DNA of 64,000 nt from an uncultured Verrucomicrobia subdivision 3 bacterium (GCA_903911825.1 CAIWFB010000216.1:1317-65316); one strand, 5' to 3'. Shown: positions 17,935 to 28,286, counted from the stretch's first letter. Translations and numbers: made by a program. Notes: generated by a model not told the origin, from the letters alone.

Positions 17935-19161
17935 TTGAAAATTCTGCTGCTCAATCAGGCGTTTTATCCCGACGTGGTCTCCACGGCGCAGCATCTCAGC
18001 GAGCTGGCGGTGGCACTGGCGGAGCGCGGGCATACGGTGACGGTGGTGACGGGGCGGCGCGCTTACGATGCGCCGGAGCAAACGTTCGCGGCGCACGAAG
18101 TCTGGCGCGGCATCCAGATCCACCGGGTGGCGGCGACCCGGCTGGGGAAGGGAGCCAAATGGCGGCGGGCGGTGGATTTTGGCAGTTTCGTGCTGGCAAG
18201 CGGGTGGCGGTTGCTGACCTTACCGCGGCACGACGTGGTGGTGGCGCTCACCACGCCGCCGTTGATCTCGTTCATCGGCGCGTGGCGGGCCCGGTGGTGG
18301 GGCGCGGCGTTCGGTTATTGGGTGATGGATATGAATCCGGACGAAGCGATCGCGGCAGGCTGGTTACGGCGGGATTCACTCATGGCCAAGGTGCTGGAAC
18401 GGATGTCGCGCTTCAGTTTCCGGCAAGCCAACCGGATCATCGCGCTCGACCGTTTCATGCACGACCGCATCGTGGCCAAAGGCATCGCCCCGGAAAAAAT
18501 CCTGACGCTGGCACCGTGGTCGCAAGATCAGGACGTGCACTTCGACGCGAGCGGGCGGGAACGGTTCCGCGAGCAGCACGGGCTGACGGGCAAATATGTG
18601 GTGATGTATTCCGGCAACCACAGCCCGGTGCATCCGCTGGACACGTTGCTGGCGGCGGCGGACCGGTTGCAAAGCGATGAGTCCATCGTGTTCTGTTTTG
18701 TGGGCGGCGGGAGCGAATTCAAACGCGTGCAAGCTAGCGTGGCCAGCGGTCAGCGACCGAACGTGCGGTGCCTGCCGTATCAGCCGCTGGCGCAACTGGC
18801 GGCTTCGCTCTCGGCGGCGGACGCGCACGTGGTGGTGCTGGGCGAGGCGATGCTGGGCCTGGTGCATCCGTGCAAAATCTACAACATGCTGGCGGTGGGC
18901 GCCCCGGTGATCTATGTCGGGCCGCAACCGAGCCACGTGAGCGAAATTTTGGCGCAACTGGGCGCGGAGTCTCCGTGGTGCGCTGCGCCGCACGGCGCGG
19001 GGGACACTTTGGCGGAGCAGATCCAGCAACTCCGCCAACGGCCCGCGCAACGGCAGGGAGCGGCGGCCGTGACGGCGACCTTTGCGAAAGCGGCGTTATT
19101 GCCCCGACTCGTGGCGGCGTTGGAAACCATGGCGACACCGCAACCACCGCGCCGCGAATGA
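17935..19161 (+). CDS. Glycosyltransferase, GT4, WcaI/WbuB-like
   Basis: MKILLLNQAFYPDVVSTAQHLSELAVALAERGHTVTVVTG… N-terminus. 408 aa. Confidence 0.8.
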   Translation: MKILLLNQAFYPDVVSTAQHLSELAVALAERGHTVTVVTGRRAYDAPEQTFAAHEVWRGIQIHRVAATRLGKGAKWRRAVDFGSFVLASGWRLLTLPRHDVVVALTTPPLISFIGAWRARWWGAAFGYWVMDMNPDEAIAAGWLRRDSLMAKVLERMSRFSFRQANRIIALDRFMHDRIVAKGIAPEKILTLAPWSQDQDVHFDASGRERFREQHGLTGKYVVMYSGNHSPVHPLDTLLAAADRLQSDESIVFCFVGGGSEFKRVQASVASGQRPNVRCLPYQPLAQLAASLSAADAHVVVLGEAMLGLVHPCKIYNMLAVGAPVIYVGPQPSHVSEILAQLGAESPWCAAPHGAGDTLAEQIQQLRQRPAQRQGAAAVTATFAKAALLPRLVAALETMATPQPPRRE

Positions 19162-20774
19162 CCACGTCGCCGACCAACATTGCCACCCACGCCGGGCGTT
19201 CTCAACGCAGCACCTGGCTCTGGCTCGCCCTACCCTTGGGCTGGCTGTGGTGGCACTTGATCCGGCACCTGCAAGTGGAATGGACGCTCAATCCCCAATA
19301 CGGCTACGGCTGGGCGGTGCCGTTTTTGTGCGCGTATCTGATCAGCAGAAAACTGGGCTCAGCCAACGCCAGCGAGGCGACCGGCCCAGCAGCGGCCACG
19401 GGCGAAAATAAAATGGCGTGGGCAGGTCTGGTCGGGCTGGCGATGCTCTATGCGCCGACGCGGCTGATCGAGGAAGCGAATCCGGAATGGCGACTGATCA
19501 GTTGGGCGTTGGCGGGCGAAACGGTGGGCCTCACCGGGCTAGTGATCTATCTCTGGCTGGGCGGGCGGTGGCTCCGGCGATTGGCGTTTCCGGTGGCTTA
19601 TTTTTTAGTGGCGGTGCCGTGGCCGACGTGGCTGGAGGTGACGGTGATCCAAAGTTTGACGCGGGCGGACGCGGCGCTGACGGTGGAATTGTTGAACGGA
19701 CTGGGGATTCCGGCAATCCCCCATGGCAACGTGATCGAAGTGGCGACGGGCGAGGTGGGCATTGACGAAGCGTGCAGCGGCATCCGCTCATTTCAGGCGA
19801 CGCTGATGATCGCGTTGTTTCTCGGCGAATTGTATCAGCTCGGGCGCGGGCGCCGACTGGGACTGGTGCTGGCAGGCTTCACGCTCTCGTTCGGGTTCAA
19901 TCTGGCGCGGATGACGGTGCTAGTCTGGGTGGCGGCGCGCGAGGGCACCGGGGCGATCGCGCAATGGCATGACCCGACGGGGGTGACGATTTTGCTCGCG
20001 TGTTTTTTCACGTTGTGGGGACTGGGCAACTGGCTGGCGCGCCGCCAACCCGTCGCCGTGGCGCCCGCGCGCCCTGAGTCGGGCAACGGGTGGCCGGAGG
20101 TGAACGGGCGGTGCAACCCGTGGCTGATCGGTTTGACAGGCTGGCTGATCGTCGCGGAAAGTGCGGTGGAAGGTTGGTATCGCTGGCACGAACAACGGTT
20201 GCCGACGGCGGCGCAGTGGACGGTGACGTGGCCGACGAATGAACCGTCGTTTCAGCTCACGGCCCTGCCCGAACGCACGCGCCAAATGCTGCGCTATGAC
20301 GACGGGCAACGGGTCGGGTGGACGGCGGACGGCCGCAACTGGCAGGCAATTTTTCTGCATTGGCAACCGGGCCGCACCGCCGTGCACCTGGTGCAAAACC
20401 ACACACCGGAAGTGTGTATGACCGCCGCCGGACAGCAGGTGGCCACCCTCGCCCCGCGAACCTGGCTGACGGCGGCGGGACTGGAGTTGCCGTTCACCCT
20501 TTACGCCCTCGACCACACCGAGCCGCCGGTCTATATCTTCTACTGCCTATGGGATGACCGCACGAGCGCGCAAGGCCGAGACACCCTCTACCTGAATTAT
20601 GGCACCCGCTTGGGGCCGGTCGTGCAAGGATTGCGAAATCCCGGCCAACGCTCGTTGGAAATCGCGCTGCGCGGCGACCTAGACGCTGGCCAAGCGCAAG
20701 CGATCGTGGAACAACAGTTGCAACGCCTGATCCGCCGCGAGCCGACCAGTCCGGTTCCAAGATCGGCACCCTGA
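19158..20774 (+). CDS. Exosortase fused to a C-terminal EpsI-family domain
   Basis: The start is at Met131 of the ORF (ATGA overlap with the GT stop). It has …NPQYGYGWAVPFL…, the catalytic-type Cys in IDEACSGIRSF, FNLARMTVLVW (Arg), and a C-terminal EpsI-like segment …LVQNHTPEVCMTAAGQ…. Confidence 0.8.
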   Translation: MTTSPTNIATHAGRSQRSTWLWLALPLGWLWWHLIRHLQVEWTLNPQYGYGWAVPFLCAYLISRKLGSANASEATGPAAATGENKMAWAGLVGLAMLYAPTRLIEEANPEWRLISWALAGETVGLTGLVIYLWLGGRWLRRLAFPVAYFLVAVPWPTWLEVTVIQSLTRADAALTVELLNGLGIPAIPHGNVIEVATGEVGIDEACSGIRSFQATLMIALFLGELYQLGRGRRLGLVLAGFTLSFGFNLARMTVLVWVAAREGTGAIAQWHDPTGVTILLACFFTLWGLGNWLARRQPVAVAPARPESGNGWPEVNGRCNPWLIGLTGWLIVAESAVEGWYRWHEQRLPTAAQWTVTWPTNEPSFQLTALPERTRQMLRYDDGQRVGWTADGRNWQAIFLHWQPGRTAVHLVQNHTPEVCMTAAGQQVATLAPRTWLTAAGLELPFTLYALDHTEPPVYIFYCLWDDRTSAQGRDTLYLNYGTRLGPVVQGLRNPGQRSLEIALRGDLDAGQAQAIVEQQLQRLIRREPTSPVPRSAP

Positions 20775-20779
20775 GATGT

Positions 20780-23700
20780 TCAGGCCAGCAACTCCTGAAT
20801 CTCGGCCCAATTCAGCGACGACGCGAACTCCTCCTCCCCGCCGAGCGTGGCTTGGATGACGTCGCGTTTCCGGTTCTGCAGCAGCAGAATTTTTTCCTCC
20901 ACGGTATCGCGCGTGATGAGTTTGTAGCTCGTCACCACCCGATTCTGGCCGATGCGATGGGCGCGATCCGTCGCCTGATCTTCCACGGCGGGATTCCACC
21001 ACGGATCAAAATGGATGACGGTGTCTGCGCCAGTGAGATTGAGACCGGTGCCGCCCGCTTTGAGGCTGATGAGGAACACGGGAATGGTCGGCGTGTTCTG
21101 AAATTTCTCCACCACGGCGGCGCGATTGGTCGTGGAGCCGTCGAGATAACAGAATTCAATATTTTCCTCGGCCAACCGTTCTTTCAGCAGCGTGAGCATG
21201 GAAACAAACTGGCTGAACACCAGCACACGATGGCCGCCATCAATGACTTCCTCGAGCAGTTCGCCGAAGAGATCGAGCTTGCCGGAAGCATTGGCAGGCT
21301 TGACGTTTTCCAATTTCAGCAACCGCAAATCGCAGCACACTTGGCGTAACCGGAGCAACGCACTCAAGACCACCATGCGGCTCTTGGCCAACCCATCCGC
21401 GCCTACGGCGGCGAGAATTTCGTTGCGGCTGGCCTCGATGACTTGCTGGTAAACGGTCCGTTGATCCGGGGTCAATTCGCAGAACGAAACCTGCTCGAGC
21501 TTTGCGGGCAAATCTTTGGCTACATCGCGCTTGTGGCGGCGTAGCATGAACGGACGCAACCGCCGCGCTAGCCGTGACTGGGCTTCGGCATTTTTATCTT
21601 TGGCGATGGGCTGCTCGTAACGCTCGCGGAAATCTTTCGCCGCACCGAGATAACCGGGCATGAGAAAATCGAAGATGGACCAGAGATCCAAAACGGAGTT
21701 TTCCAGCGGCGTGCCCGTGAGCACGAGGCGATGCTTGGACTTCACCGCCTTCACCGCTTGCGCGTTCTGCGTCTGGCGATTCTTGATGTGCTGGGCCTCG
21801 TCCAGTACGGTGGTATCAAATTCAAGCTCGCGATATTTTTCCGCGTCGCGACGAAGGAGGGCGTAACTGGTCACCACGACATCGCAGTTTTTGATCTCGG
21901 CAAACAATGCGTGCCGGTCCGGTCCGTGCAGCGCCAGCACTTTTAATTCTGGCGTGAATTTTTTTGCCTCCGCCACCCAGTTGAAGACCAGACTCGTCGG
22001 GCAAACGATCAAATGCGGCTGGGTAGCCGCCAACGCGCGTTGGCTCGGATCCGCTTTTTGGTTCTGGGAATCCGTTGCAGCCTCCTCACGTCGGCGCCTA
22101 CACGCTTGGAAAAACGCCAGCGTCTGCAGCGTTTTTCCCAACCCCATTTCATCGGCGAGAATGCCGCCGAAGCCGTTCGTCCGCAAAAATTGCAGCCAGC
22201 CCACGCCGTGTTTTTGATAAGGTCGGAGCACGTTTTCCAGTTCGCCGAGCGGCGGACATTCCAGTATCGCCTCGCCGGTTTGCTGGGCGGCACGGTCGCG
22301 CCAAGCGGAAGGTGCGGCGACTTGCCAATTGCCGTGCTGACGCAGCGTGGCTTCGAGAAAACCGGCCTGCGCGTTGCCGATGCGGTAGCCGTCGGCGTGT
22401 TGTTGCGGCGCGCAATCGAGCAGCACTTCCTGTAATTCTTCGACGGCACCGGAATCAATCACGACCATTTTGCCATTCTTCAAGCGCTTGTGATTCTGGC
22501 CGGAAAGCAGCAGGCGCTGGATGTCGGCGGTGGCAAATTTCTCACCGCCATCCGAGGCAAAAACCACGCCCAGATCAAACCACTGCACGCCGGACGACGT
22601 GATCTGAAACTGCGGTTCGATCCGTTCGATATTTTTGAGCGTGCGATTTTCCAACTGCTCGTCCAGCGTCACATTCCACTCGCGTTGCAGCTTGGGAAAG
22701 TCGCGGGCGAGAAAATTCAGCACGGCATTCTGGCCGGTCAGTTGCAGTTTACCTTCAGCATCCGGCGCGGAAAATCCCTGTCGCACCAAGCGACCGAGTG
22801 CGTTCTGTTCGGCAGCAACATCGCGGGTGGAATAGCGCGTCGGCACTTCAGGATCGGGGAGCCACACGGCTTCGTCCGCCGCCGTCACGCCCACGGTCAT
22901 GATGCGCGGGCCGTAGGCGCATTGGAGGCGACCGCGCAATTGGGTCAGCCCGCCTTTGAGTTCCAAGAGGAAGCGCGGCGACTGCGGTTCCAAGGTGAAA
23001 TCTTCCAGTTTGAAATTGGCTTCGAGTCCGCCGGCGGCGAGCAGCGCGGGCCAAGACTGACTCAAAAATTGCGGCACTTGCGAGCGCGTCACCCGCACCG
23101 GCGTTTGGAAAATATTTTTCAGCACCGGCGACAACGCGAGCGGTTGCAGAGAATTATTGCGCCAGACCCAATCGCCGATCAGCGCCAGCGACGTCGGTTT
23201 GTCCCGCAGCGTCACCACGATTTCGCCATTGGTTTCCAACGTGGCGCGCAATGGCAGAGTCAGTGGCGTGGTCGTCACTTTGACGGCGGTGGCTTTGCCC
23301 AGCGTGAGATGCGGATGCTCGATGAGCAGCGGGAGCAGCGCGGCAAACTCTTGGGTTTCGAGTTGGAGAATAGCCGGCGTCTCGCCCGCCGTGAGCCGTT
23401 CCAAGGCATCCAGCACCGCATTGTCTGGCGCCGAAAAGGCGAACGGGCGGCCTTTGGGCAAGGCGTTCAGCGGACAACGGCCGCCGCCCCAGCGGGCCTC
23501 TAACACGAGCAGCATTTTGCCGCGCGCGGCGGCTTGCTCGAAATTCGGGGGCAGGATGAGAAATAATTCCGCCGGTTCGCCGCCGGGCGCACGGAGCAGG
23601 TCGGGAGTTTTTTTAACCACCGGCTTAGCGGTGGGCGCGGCTTTTTCACTGACGGCGGGCGCGGGAGATTTTTGCGCGTTCAGCCAATGCAAACCCACCG

Positions 23701-23953
23701 CGACGCCGTGCGCGCAAATCTTGCCCCATTCGCGAGCCTCGCGGCAGTTGCAGAGATTTTCGATGTCCACGGAGTTGTGGATGACGAGGGAACCGCGAAA
23801 AGTCATGCCGTCGTTCTGCACCACGCCGCGCAGCAACGGCGGCGCCCAGTAGGAGCTGATGACTTGATTCTGCGTGAGGTAAGCGCGGGCGCGCTTCATC
23901 ACGTCCCAGCCGGCAGCTTGGGCGAGCAACGCTTCTGTGAGTTCCACGGACAC
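20780..23953 (-). CDS. SWIM zinc-finger / SNF2-family ATP-dependent helicase
   Basis: SWIM motif CNCREAREWGKICAHGVAV. SNF2 motifs LADEMGLGKT, LDEAQHIKN and QATDRAHRIGQ. 1057 aa. Confidence 0.9.
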   Translation of the reverse strand: MSVELTEALLAQAAGWDVMKRARAYLTQNQVISSYWAPPLLRGVVQNDGMTFRGSLVIHNSVDIENLCNCREAREWGKICAHGVAVGLHWLNAQKSPAPAVSEKAAPTAKPVVKKTPDLLRAPGGEPAELFLILPPNFEQAAARGKMLLVLEARWGGGRCPLNALPKGRPFAFSAPDNAVLDALERLTAGETPAILQLETQEFAALLPLLIEHPHLTLGKATAVKVTTTPLTLPLRATLETNGEIVVTLRDKPTSLALIGDWVWRNNSLQPLALSPVLKNIFQTPVRVTRSQVPQFLSQSWPALLAAGGLEANFKLEDFTLEPQSPRFLLELKGGLTQLRGRLQCAYGPRIMTVGVTAADEAVWLPDPEVPTRYSTRDVAAEQNALGRLVRQGFSAPDAEGKLQLTGQNAVLNFLARDFPKLQREWNVTLDEQLENRTLKNIERIEPQFQITSSGVQWFDLGVVFASDGGEKFATADIQRLLLSGQNHKRLKNGKMVVIDSGAVEELQEVLLDCAPQQHADGYRIGNAQAGFLEATLRQHGNWQVAAPSAWRDRAAQQTGEAILECPPLGELENVLRPYQKHGVGWLQFLRTNGFGGILADEMGLGKTLQTLAFFQACRRRREEAATDSQNQKADPSQRALAATQPHLIVCPTSLVFNWVAEAKKFTPELKVLALHGPDRHALFAEIKNCDVVVTSYALLRRDAEKYRELEFDTTVLDEAQHIKNRQTQNAQAVKAVKSKHRLVLTGTPLENSVLDLWSIFDFLMPGYLGAAKDFRERYEQPIAKDKNAEAQSRLARRLRPFMLRRHKRDVAKDLPAKLEQVSFCELTPDQRTVYQQVIEASRNEILAAVGADGLAKSRMVVLSALLRLRQVCCDLRLLKLENVKPANASGKLDLFGELLEEVIDGGHRVLVFSQFVSMLTLLKERLAEENIEFCYLDGSTTNRAAVVEKFQNTPTIPVFLISLKAGGTGLNLTGADTVIHFDPWWNPAVEDQATDRAHRIGQNRVVTSYKLITRDTVEEKILLLQNRKRDVIQATLGGEEEFASSLNWAEIQELLA

Positions 23954-24055
23954 GACGGCAGTATGCCGACGCGCAGCGCGAATGAGAATTACGAATCGCG
24001 CCGAACATTTTCACGGTGCTGAATTCAACTTTCCGTTATAATCTTCGGTTCCGGC

Positions 24056-27000
24056 ATGAACGATCCGCGCGTTGACGAAATCCGCCAGCTCCTGCCCCAA
24101 GCCATGTTGCCCGATTGGGTGCGGCTCGGGGGCCGGATGGTCCGGCTGTTGCGCGATCAACATCATCCGCAGACGCACGAAAAATTGCTCGCTCGCCTCC
24201 ACGAACAACTGCTCGCCTCCATTGCCTTGCGTGAAGAACGCGCGGCGAACGTTCCGAAAATTTCCTATCCGCCTGACCTACCCATCACCGCGCGCAAGGA
24301 CGACATCGTCGCCGCGATCCGCGCGAATCAAGTCGTGGTCATCGCGGGTGAAACTGGCTCCGGCAAGACGACGCAAATTCCCAAGATGTGCCTTGAAGCC
24401 GGCCTTGGCATCGAGGCAAAGATCGGCTGCACGCAGCCGCGTCGCGTGGCTGCGCTCTCCATCTCACGACGCATCGCGGAAGAATTAAATGTGAACTGGG
24501 GCCGCGAAGTTGGTTGCACCATTCGCTTCGACGACCGCAGTAGCGCGCAGACTTACATCAAGCTGATGACCGACGGCATCTTGCTTGCCGAGACGCAGGG
24601 CGATCCGCTGCTGTCGGAATACAACTGCATCATCATCGACGAAGCGCACGAACGCAGCCTTAACATTGATTTTCTCCTTGGCTACTTGAAGACGCTGCTC
24701 GCCAAGCGGAACGACCTAAAGCTCATCATCACCTCGGCCACGATTGATACCCAGACTTTTTCAAAAGCATTCAATGACGCGCCGATCATCGAAGTTTCCG
24801 GCCGACTCTATCCGGTGGAAGTGATTTACGCGCCGTTCGACGCCGATTCCGAAGAGCGCGGCGACATCACTTATGTGGACGCCGCCGTGCGTGCCGCCGA
24901 AACCGCGCTGTGCGAACCGGGCAACGGCGATATCCTCATCTTCATGCCCGGCGAACGTGACATCCGCGAGACGTGTGACTTGCTCGATGGCCGCTTTGGG
25001 CGCGAGGCGGAAATCATTCCGCTCTTTGGCTTGCTCAGCGCGGCGGATCAGCAACGCGTTTTCGCCCCGCTGAATCGGCGGAAAATTGTCGTCGCCACGA
25101 ACATCGCCGAAACCTCGCTCACGATTCCCGGCATTCGCTACGTGATTGATTCCGGCCTCGCGCGCATCAGCCGCTACAATCCGCGCACGCGCACCAAGCG
25201 GCTGCCGGTCGAGGAGATTTCGCAGAGCAGCGCGAACCAGCGCAAAGGCCGCAGCGGTCGCGTGCAGGATGGCGTGTGCATTCGGCTCTATTCCGAAGAA
25301 GATTTCAATGAGCGCCCGCAATACACGCAGCCGGAAATCCAGCGCGCGAATCTGGCCGAAGTGATTTTGCGGATGCGCGCGTATCGCCTCGGCGACATCG
25401 AGACGTTTCCGTTTGTGAATCCGCCGCCGCCGAGCGCGATTGATGGCGGCTACAAACTGTTGCAGGAACTCGGCGCGCTCGATGAGAAGCGCGAACTCAC
25501 GCAGCTCGGCCACGATCTCTCGCGTCTGCCGATTGACCCTACGCTCGGCCGCATGCTGCTGCAATCGCAACACGAACATGCCGGGCGTGAACTGCTCATC
25601 ATCGCCGCCGGCTTGAGCATTCAAGATCCGCGCGAACGTCCGCTGGATCGCAAGGAAGCCGCTGCCGCCGCACATAAACGCTTCATTGATCCGGCGTCAG
25701 ATTTTTTATCGCTGTTGAAAATCTGGGACGCGGTTCACGACCAATGGGAGCGTTTGCGCACGCAAGGCCAGCGCCGGAAATTTTGCAAAGCCAACTTCCT
25801 CTCCTACCTGCGCATGCGCGAGTGGCAAGATTTACACGCACAGTTGCACGGTGCGCTGGAAGACTTGGGCCGCTTCAAACTCAACGAGAGCAACGCGGAT
25901 TACGCTGCGATTCATCGCTCGATTCTCACCGGCTTGCTCGGGCATGTCGCATTGCGCAAAGAACGCAATCAGTATCAAGGCACCGGCAATCGCCTGCTCG
26001 CGATGTTTCCCGGTTCGGCGCTTTACGACCGTAATGAGCGTCAGCCGAAACCCGTTGCGCGCAACGCAAGCCAGCCGCCGCCAAAACCTGCGTCCACACA
26101 ACAACCGCCGTGGATTGTCGCCGCCGAAATCGTGGAGACCTCGCAATTGTTCGCACGCACGAATGCGGGAATTGATCCGCTGTGGATCGTCCAACTCGCG
26201 CCGCATCTTTGCAAGACGACACATCACAATCCGCACTGGAGCGTGGCGGCGGGAAATGTATTGGTCGAGGAGCGCACCACGCTTTACGGCATGGAAGTGC
26301 GGAAGGTCAAAGTCTCGCACGGCAACATCAACCCCGAGGAGGCCACGGAGATTTTTATCCGCGCCGCGCTCGTTGAAGATGACTTGCTGCCAACACGCCG
26401 GAAGCAAAAAGACGATGAAGGCGACGATGATGACACGCGGATTTTCCGTTCCGCCGACAAGCCGCAGCCGTTACCGCCGCAATATTCGTTTCTGGAACAC
26501 AACCGGAAGATTCGCGAGAAAATCGAGAACTGGCAGACGCGCGTCCGCAGTCACAGCCTCGGCAATCTGGACGAAAAGCTGTTCGAGTTTTATGCGCAGC
26601 GGATCCAGAAAGTCTCTTCGGTTCACGAATTGAACCGCCTCATCCGCGATTGCGGCGGGCCGGAGTTTCTTTGCGCCACGGAAGCGGATTTGACCGGCGG
26701 CACCGCGTTGGATTTCGACAGCGAAGCGTTTCCCGATGCCGTGCCGCTGGGCGGTCAACCGGTGGCGGTGGCTTATGCCTATTCGCCCGGCGAAGAAAAT
26801 GACGGTGCCACGGTGAAGCTCGGTTTTGGTCTCGCCCAAACAATTTCGCAATCGTGCGTGGAATGGTCCGTGCCCGGTTTGCGCGAAGGTTTGGTGAATG
26901 AACTGTTGCGCGCACTGCCAAAAAGTATTCGACGCGAGCTGCAACCGTTTCCGCCGAAGGTGGTGGAGATCGTGAACGAACTTCAGGCCACCGGCGAATC

Positions 27001-28159
27001 GTTGCAGGCGGATCTGGCGCTGTTCATCCGCAAGCATTACGGCGTGGAGATTCCGTTGAACGCATGGCCGACGGATGCCATTCCGGCACACTTGCGGCCG
27101 CGCATTGAAGTCGTGGGCAACGATCAGAAAACCATCGGCACCAGTCGCGATCTCGCGACGCTCCGGCAAAAATTGGAGCAAGTGAAAGCCAAACCCGCGC
27201 CGGATGACTCCGCGTGGACGCGCGTGGCGCAACAATGGGAGCGCACCGGTATCACGACGTGGAATGTCGGCACGTTGCCTGCCCGCATCACGGTGAGCGA
27301 GAACGGGCCGGTGCCGACGTATGCGTGGCCGGGGTTGGCGCGCGAAAAAGATTCAGTGAGTTTACGCCTTTTCCGCACGGAAGAGCTGGCTCGTCAGGCG
27401 ACGCTGGGTGGCATCCACAAACTTGTGGAGCTGGCGCTGGCGAAAGATTTCGCGTGGCTACAGCGTGATTTGCGTGCGCTGATCGGCTTCGAGGCGCTGG
27501 CGGCGAATCTGTGTCCGCTGGATGAATTGCAAACCGACGCGCTGGAAAATCTAAGACGCCACATTTTGCCCGCCGAAGTTTTTTCCGTGCTCAACGAAGA
27601 AAACTTTCAGGCCGCGGTGCAGCAGACGCGGCTACAAATTCCCGGCCTAGCGATGAAATTAGTGGATCACGTCGGCGTCATCCTGCGCGCGCGGAAGGAA
27701 ATCCAGCTCCGCTGCGGACCAACGCCCGTGCTACCAACCACCAAACCCAAGACGCTGTTCGATTTGAGTCAGTTAAATATCGCCACCAAGGATGCGGCCA
27801 AGCCGACGAATCTTTGGGCGGAGGAGTTGGAGGCGCTGGTGCCGCAACATTTTTTAACAGCGATTCCCTTCGCACAGCTCACGCACCTGCCACGTTATCT
27901 CAAAGCGCTGGCCACGCGGATGGAACGGGCGACGTTGAATCCCGGGAAAGACAAGGAACGCGCTCAATTGCTGGCACCTTATTTGGCAGCGCTAAAAAAG
28001 CACGTCGCGAATCCGCCCAAAATTACGGGCGCACGGCAGCAATTGGAAAACTTTCGGTGGATGGTGGAGGAATACAAAGTGTCGGTGTTCGCGCAGGAAC
28101 TGGGAACGGCATTTCCGGTTTCGCCGAAACGGCTGGAGGAACAACTGGGGCAACTCTGA
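24056..28159 (+). CDS. hrpA: ATP-dependent RNA helicase HrpA (DEAH-box)
   Basis: GETGSGKTTQ, IIIDEAHERS, TSAT and QRKGRSGR motifs plus a long HA2/OB/C-terminal extension. 1367 aa. Confidence 0.92.
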   Translation: MNDPRVDEIRQLLPQAMLPDWVRLGGRMVRLLRDQHHPQTHEKLLARLHEQLLASIALREERAANVPKISYPPDLPITARKDDIVAAIRANQVVVIAGETGSGKTTQIPKMCLEAGLGIEAKIGCTQPRRVAALSISRRIAEELNVNWGREVGCTIRFDDRSSAQTYIKLMTDGILLAETQGDPLLSEYNCIIIDEAHERSLNIDFLLGYLKTLLAKRNDLKLIITSATIDTQTFSKAFNDAPIIEVSGRLYPVEVIYAPFDADSEERGDITYVDAAVRAAETALCEPGNGDILIFMPGERDIRETCDLLDGRFGREAEIIPLFGLLSAADQQRVFAPLNRRKIVVATNIAETSLTIPGIRYVIDSGLARISRYNPRTRTKRLPVEEISQSSANQRKGRSGRVQDGVCIRLYSEEDFNERPQYTQPEIQRANLAEVILRMRAYRLGDIETFPFVNPPPPSAIDGGYKLLQELGALDEKRELTQLGHDLSRLPIDPTLGRMLLQSQHEHAGRELLIIAAGLSIQDPRERPLDRKEAAAAAHKRFIDPASDFLSLLKIWDAVHDQWERLRTQGQRRKFCKANFLSYLRMREWQDLHAQLHGALEDLGRFKLNESNADYAAIHRSILTGLLGHVALRKERNQYQGTGNRLLAMFPGSALYDRNERQPKPVARNASQPPPKPASTQQPPWIVAAEIVETSQLFARTNAGIDPLWIVQLAPHLCKTTHHNPHWSVAAGNVLVEERTTLYGMEVRKVKVSHGNINPEEATEIFIRAALVEDDLLPTRRKQKDDEGDDDDTRIFRSADKPQPLPPQYSFLEHNRKIREKIENWQTRVRSHSLGNLDEKLFEFYAQRIQKVSSVHELNRLIRDCGGPEFLCATEADLTGGTALDFDSEAFPDAVPLGGQPVAVAYAYSPGEENDGATVKLGFGLAQTISQSCVEWSVPGLREGLVNELLRALPKSIRRELQPFPPKVVEIVNELQATGESLQADLALFIRKHYGVEIPLNAWPTDAIPAHLRPRIEVVGNDQKTIGTSRDLATLRQKLEQVKAKPAPDDSAWTRVAQQWERTGITTWNVGTLPARITVSENGPVPTYAWPGLAREKDSVSLRLFRTEELARQATLGGIHKLVELALAKDFAWLQRDLRALIGFEALAANLCPLDELQTDALENLRRHILPAEVFSVLNEENFQAAVQQTRLQIPGLAMKLVDHVGVILRARKEIQLRCGPTPVLPTTKPKTLFDLSQLNIATKDAAKPTNLWAEELEALVPQHFLTAIPFAQLTHLPRYLKALATRMERATLNPGKDKERAQLLAPYLAALKKHVANPPKITGARQQLENFRWMVEEYKVSVFAQELGTAFPVSPKRLEEQLGQL

Positions 28160-28174
28160 AGCGGACAGAAAAAT

Positions 28175-28286
28175 GGCTGGCGTGGACGCATCACTAACTG
28201 ACTGTCTGCAACTGCTCTGTCACTGTCTTACGAACCACTGACTCACTTTCACTGACCTTCAACTAACACTCGCGTCCACGTCAGCC
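28175..28286. repeat. 15-bp inverted repeat enclosing an ~82-bp CTGAC-rich segment
   Basis: ggctggcgtggacgc (28175-28189) pairs with gcgtccacgtcagcc (28272-28286) at 14/15. The interior is ctgactgt ctgcaact … ctgactca ctttcact gaccttca. It sits 16 nt after the hrpA stop. Confidence 0.6.

Noticed and set aside
16580-17954. ORF-track ORFs running through the arrays (14178..14399, 16068..16262, 16580..16774, 17586..17954) as low-complexity SAFQ/SACQ/FSLS proteins
   Set aside because: They are translations of an 8-bp (non-triplet) repeat. They have no start-site context, and they begin and end inside or at the edge of arrays.
18768-19157. The 130-codon N-terminal extension of the exosortase ORF
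   Set aside because: It overlaps the 3' end of the GT gene in another frame and is Gly/Arg-rich. The ATGA-coupled Met at 19158 gives a normal exosortase N-terminus.
22490-23503. Long ORFs antisense to recognised genes. Examples are 433..1299, 2735..3517, 22490..23503, 24761..25675, 26471..27235, 30088..30879, 31146..32246, 32721..33323, 33584..34708, 37664..38272, 39688..40314, 42025..42618 and 52327..53019.
   Set aside because: They are shadow ORFs typical of GC-rich DNA. Each lies opposite a gene with strong family motifs, and their products are Arg/Gly/Pro/His-rich with no recognisable domains.
20780-28159. The divergent SWIM/SNF2 helicase and HrpA as a phage-defence module
   Set aside because: Both are widespread housekeeping-type helicases with standard architectures. 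No nuclease, methyltransferase or other defence-associated partner is adjacent.
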